This document shows positions 60,842 to 64,000 of a stretch of 64,000 bases of DNA, piece by piece. The number at the start of each line of letters is the position of its first letter. The stretch's first letter is position 1. Source of the stretch: Klebsiella phage KP182; the sequence record OM337876.1; one strand, written 5' to 3'. The position numbers and the translations under genes were made by a program. The notes under the pieces are model-generated. The model had not been told where the DNA came from, did no database searches, and was given only the letters and a program-made list of their open reading frames with translations.

Positions 60842-61684
60842 TTAGCAATTAATTTGGTGGTTATCACATGTAATACGACCGTTATTCCACCAGTCGTTTC
60901 CAGGAGGAACATGTGGACCAGGACTAAACGGAATGATAGGTTGTTTCCACCAATCTCCTGGAACTTGTCGTGGAGGCCAATTAAAAGGATGTTGCTCTTT
61001 ACGAATTTGGTCTTTGATAGCTTCTTCCCACAATCCAGAAAGAGACTTCTGCGGTTTCTTAACAGATTCCAGAGATTCCAGGCAAGTTACGATTTGATGC
61101 CAATCTTCTACCAAAATTCCAGGAGCAGTGACAGAACCTTCACGCTCGCCACGAGGCATATAAAACACACGAGTTTCAGTGTCTTCAAATACTTTGCTGG
61201 CTGCAGCAATATGTTTAGGCAAATCATCTACATAACAGACGATGCGATCGCCGTATTTTACTTTAGCCTTTTCCAGTAAAGCATCTTTAGATTCATCATA
61301 ATCGCAGACCATGATTTCTGTAAATGCATCAGGGAACAAAGCATTCAGATTGAAACGACGATTAAGGTTAGCATCTACTGAATTACCAAGAGCCGTGATA
61401 GCGACAAAATCGTATTTTTCTTTGAGCTTATTAACTGTAGCTAAAGCATCGGCATACGGAGCAAGATAACGAATAAAATCACTGTTGTTATATTTCAGAA
61501 GAAGCTTAACAGCCAGGTCTTCTTCACAATCAAACAGCTCAGCGGGTTTAATGAATTTTTCAGTAGTCATCATATCAAGGATATGCTCTACCGGAAGGTT
61601 ATATTTTTGGGCAAAGTAAGGCAGACCACTTTGCCACTTAACGATGATTCCATCAACATCGGTTGCGATTACTGGTTTTGACAT
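60842..61684 (-). CDS. HAD-superfamily phosphatase-like protein with Trp/Pro-rich C-terminal tail
   Basis: motif I ATDVDGII, motif II VAITALG, motif IV YVDDLP; C-terminal PFNWPPRQVPGDWWKQPIIPFSPGPHVPPGNDWWNNG. Confidence 0.55.
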   Translation of the reverse strand: MSKPVIATDVDGIIVKWQSGLPYFAQKYNLPVEHILDMMTTEKFIKPAELFDCEEDLAVKLLLKYNNSDFIRYLAPYADALATVNKLKEKYDFVAITALGNSVDANLNRRFNLNALFPDAFTEIMVCDYDESKDALLEKAKVKYGDRIVCYVDDLPKHIAAASKVFEDTETRVFYMPRGEREGSVTAPGILVEDWHQIVTCLESLESVKKPQKSLSGLWEEAIKDQIRKEQHPFNWPPRQVPGDWWKQPIIPFSPGPHVPPGNDWWNNGRITCDNHQINC

Positions 61685-61878
61685 TCGGGGAAATTCCTCA
61701 ATGCTTGTTTAAATTTGACGACGCTATTTGCGGCACCGGTGAAATTGAACCAGATTAACCCTGGAGCGTCCGAGGGTTCTATATCAATTAATTCTATATT
61801 ATAATACTCAGCAGTCTTTAGCATTTCCCTGGTGATACGTCGGGCAACCATATGACCGAAGTGAGGATTAATAGACAT
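61669..61878 (-). CDS. hypothetical protein
   Basis: 69 aa ORF. Confidence 0.35.
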   Translation of the reverse strand: MSINPHFGHMVARRITREMLKTAEYYNIELIDIEPSDAPGLIWFNFTGAANSVVKFKQALRNFPECQNQ

Positions 61879-62068
61879 CGTCGTTAGCAGCCCTTAATTG
61901 AGTAATTGGATAAAGCTCGGATTCTGCATGGATTGAACGATTGCCATCAACCCAATTAACTTCATACCACGGTTCAACTGAGTAGGCTTTAATGGCTGAA
62001 GCCGTATCACATACAACTCCAGGAATTCCATTTGCTAATCTTACTGTACTGAAGATATGATATTTCAT
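61868..62068 (-). CDS. hypothetical protein
   Basis: 66 aa ORF. Confidence 0.35.
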   Translation of the reverse strand: MKYHIFSTVRLANGIPGVVCDTASAIKAYSVEPWYEVNWVDGNRSIHAESELYPITQLRAANDDVY

Positions 62069-62235
62069 GCATCAAGTCTCACTGCCCATTCAGGCAATTC
62101 AAAGAAATCCGGAGCATCAATTTCATACTCAACGGTGTGTTGTTTAACGTTAGCTGACATGATATCAACCATTGGGTGGTTTTTCAAACTGCAAGAAAAA
62201 ATACCAGCTTTAGGTTTAGGCACGGATACAATCAT
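62068..62235 (-). CDS. hypothetical protein (55 aa, below cutoff)
   Basis: own translation MIVSVPKPKAGIFSCSLKNHPMVDIMSANVKQHTVEYEIDAPDFFELPEWAVRLDA. Confidence 0.3.
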
Positions 62236-62245
62236 GTTGATTTCC

Positions 62246-62524
62246 TCAAAATTTAGTTATGAATTTTTCTTTCGGCATTTTAGCATTTGAGCCATCACCG
62301 TCAGAATACCCAATTGGCACAGTTTCATTAATAAATTCAATTTTAGCATTTATAATGTTAATGCTCAGAGAATCTACGCCATCAACCATACGAAATTCAG
62401 GAGGGCAATACTTATCAATGTATGCTTTCACACCATTTTTATTGGCAGGTGTACCATCGAGAGTATCGCTGATAATGGTTTCAACCTTTTTCTTTCGTGA
62501 ATCATAGAAAGCTGATACAATCAT
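62246..62524 (-). CDS. hypothetical protein
   Basis: 92 aa ORF. Confidence 0.35.
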   Translation of the reverse strand: MIVSAFYDSRKKKVETIISDTLDGTPANKNGVKAYIDKYCPPEFRMVDGVDSLSINIINAKIEFINETVPIGYSDGDGSNAKMPKEKFITKF

Positions 62525-62536
62525 TTCAATTTCCTC

Positions 62537-63025
62537 TTAAAACGGACGAATATTAACGTGAACCACAGGGACAGCAAAAGGTTGCATGATTACAACTTTT
62601 GTGTCTTTAGTTGCATTCAGGCGTTGTACTTTTGCAAGATTAACAGCTTCTTCCTTTGTCAATCCACCCTTGTAGGTATCATTTCCTTTATTTGAGGTCC
62701 AAACGCCCCAATCATTGCTTCCATCATCGGTCTTCGGTTCAGGTTCTTTGTTGGTGGTTTCTTCAAAATAATGTTGAAATTCTTGATTAGTAAGAATACA
62801 CCACATGTGAGAAAAGCGAACTTCATCTACACTAACGCGTTTGTATTCTCCATCTGGCTTAATGATTTCAAATTCAACTAATCCGGTATTTTCCGCATAT
62901 TTAAAGGTTCTGGTAATTTTAATCGGATTATTACCGATTTGCTCAAAAACACCTTTGATAAGAGCGCCTGGAGACAAGATTGGAGTCTTTTTAAGCTTAT
63001 AGAATTTACCTTTTTCCATTATCAT
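62537..63025 (-). CDS. hypothetical protein
   Basis: 162 aa ORF. Confidence 0.4.
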   Translation of the reverse strand: MIMEKGKFYKLKKTPILSPGALIKGVFEQIGNNPIKITRTFKYAENTGLVEFEIIKPDGEYKRVSVDEVRFSHMWCILTNQEFQHYFEETTNKEPEPKTDDGSNDWGVWTSNKGNDTYKGGLTKEEAVNLAKVQRLNATKDTKVVIMQPFAVPVVHVNIRPF

Positions 63026-63037
63026 TTCCTCAATAGT

Positions 63038-63051
63038 GGGGCCGAAGCCCC
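63038..63051. promoter_or_regulatory. intergenic hairpin GGGGCC-gaag-CCCC without T-run
   Basis: between two minus-strand ORFs; possible processing/attenuation site. Confidence 0.3.
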
Positions 63052-63059
63052 AGTCAAGA

Positions 63060-63428
63060 TTACTGTTTAGTCCAATTATCCATGTTTAATTTACCTACCT
63101 TTTTCATTTGCTCAATTAAAGCATCGGCACGATTACGACCATTTTCATACCAAGTTACATCTTCTGAGTAACCGTCTTCTTCATCTTCATAAGTTTCAGA
63201 ACGAATACGACCAACAACCGGAGTGTTAAGAACATATACTGAACCTGTGAACCAGTTTGTTAAAGTGATATGCCAGCAGAAATCATCTGACGGTCCGTCC
63301 GGTGTCATGCATGGAACGATATCACCTTGAACTTTAGACAAAATCCACATTTTCTCATGGACAGTCTGAGCTTTGTAACCGTCATGGTCTTTAGTCTTGA
63401 TAGTTGCGTTCAGGTTGATGGTATTCAT
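63060..63428 (-). CDS. hypothetical protein
   Basis: 122 aa ORF. Confidence 0.4.
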   Translation of the reverse strand: MNTINLNATIKTKDHDGYKAQTVHEKMWILSKVQGDIVPCMTPDGPSDDFCWHITLTNWFTGSVYVLNTPVVGRIRSETYEDEEDGYSEDVTWYENGRNRADALIEQMKKVGKLNMDNWTKQ

Positions 63429-63512
63429 TTTATTCTCCGTTGTCCGTTTGGGTGGTACAGGTCTATAGTAACCTTGTTGAGCCTAGAAGTAAACAACTTT
63501 TTTCATTCTGCG

Positions 63513-63543
63513 GAAAATAAAAAAGGGACTCCCGAAGGAGTCC
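63513..63543 (-). terminator. terminator GGGACTCC-cgaa-GGAGTCCC + T-run on minus strand
   Basis: seen in sequence after the small basic ORF. Confidence 0.6.
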
Positions 63544-63549
63544 CTGAAC

Positions 63550-63756
63550 TTATGCTTTCGGCTTACCAAAACGAGAAGCATCATCGCGAAGAACCGCACG
63601 AGCTCGACGCATGATTTTCTCAACCGTCTGATTGATACGCTTGTTCGACCCACGCTTGTAGCCAGCGCGTTTAGAGGTACCAACAACTTCTTTTACTGCA
63701 GTTTTTGCTTTAGCCTGTTTAGCCATTTTATCATCTTCCATTTTGGAGAAATACAT
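63550..63756 (-). CDS. small highly basic protein (possible nucleic-acid binding)
   Basis: Lys/Arg-rich 68 aa (MAKQAKAKTAVKEV...KRGSNKRINQTVEKIMRRARAV); true start uncertain. Confidence 0.35.
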   Translation of the reverse strand: MYFSKMEDDKMAKQAKAKTAVKEVVGTSKRAGYKRGSNKRINQTVEKIMRRARAVLRDDASRFGKPKA

Positions 63757-64000
63757 GGGAGCACGTTCTTCCGAGGTTCAACTTCTTTCGACAGTTCTTT
63801 CGGTTGTAGCTCCCGCAAGCCCTCAAGGGGTACGTTTAAACTCTTATCTGTTGCACACCGTTAGCTTAAAGGTTCCGGGTCCGATTTATCGGGGATAAGA
63901 TATACACCGATGGATGTATAGGCCTTGAGGCGTACTCCCGATTGGCCATCGCCTCGGGGTAGCATGCACTTGCCGTTTATTTTCTAGCTGCACTTTGGTA

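Noticed and set aside
63550-63756. Small basic ORF as a ribosomal-protein (bS21/bL34-like) homolog
   Set aside because: Composition is similar but I could not match any ribosomal-protein signature from memory; left as a generic basic protein.

Overview
This window is a contiguous segment of a T4-like (Tevenvirinae-type) phage genome. All calls rest on motif and gene-order recognition from memory; no database search was possible.

Gene order is collinear with the T4 map across the whole window:
- 56-5560: an expanded tRNA island with 15 minus-strand tRNAs, interleaved with a GIY-YIG (segB-like) gene, a second homing-endonuclease-like gene, a NADAR-domain gene, several small ORFs and three candidate structured RNAs.
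- 5.6-10.6 kb: 57B-57A-1-3-2-4 on the minus strand.
- 10.7-42.2 kb: the late plus-strand structural block 53-5-5.1-5.4-6-7-8-9-10-11-12-wac-13-14-15-16-17-18-19-20-67-68-21-22-23-24.
- 42.2-63.8 kb: a DprA-like gene, rnlB, two small ORFs, a small HTH gene, hoc, an inh-like gene, uvsW, uvsW.1, uvsY.-2, uvsY, 25, 26, 51, 27, 28, 29, 48, 54, alt, gene 30 DNA ligase, and a cassette of small early ORFs.

Three paralogous HNH homing-endonuclease genes sit at the 4/53, 6/7 and 14/15 junctions. Many TATAAATA late promoters and a family of GC-rich GAAG/TTCG-loop terminator hairpins are visible. No CRISPR array, integrase or prophage boundary is present. The last ~245 nt are a GC-enriched, structured non-coding stretch cut by the window edge.

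The most unusual content is the tRNA island (a class-II-architecture tRNA with an Asn anticodon, an initiator-like tRNA-Met, tRNA-like stable-RNA candidates, a NADAR gene), the DprA-like gene next to RNA ligase 2, and the small early-gene cassettes.
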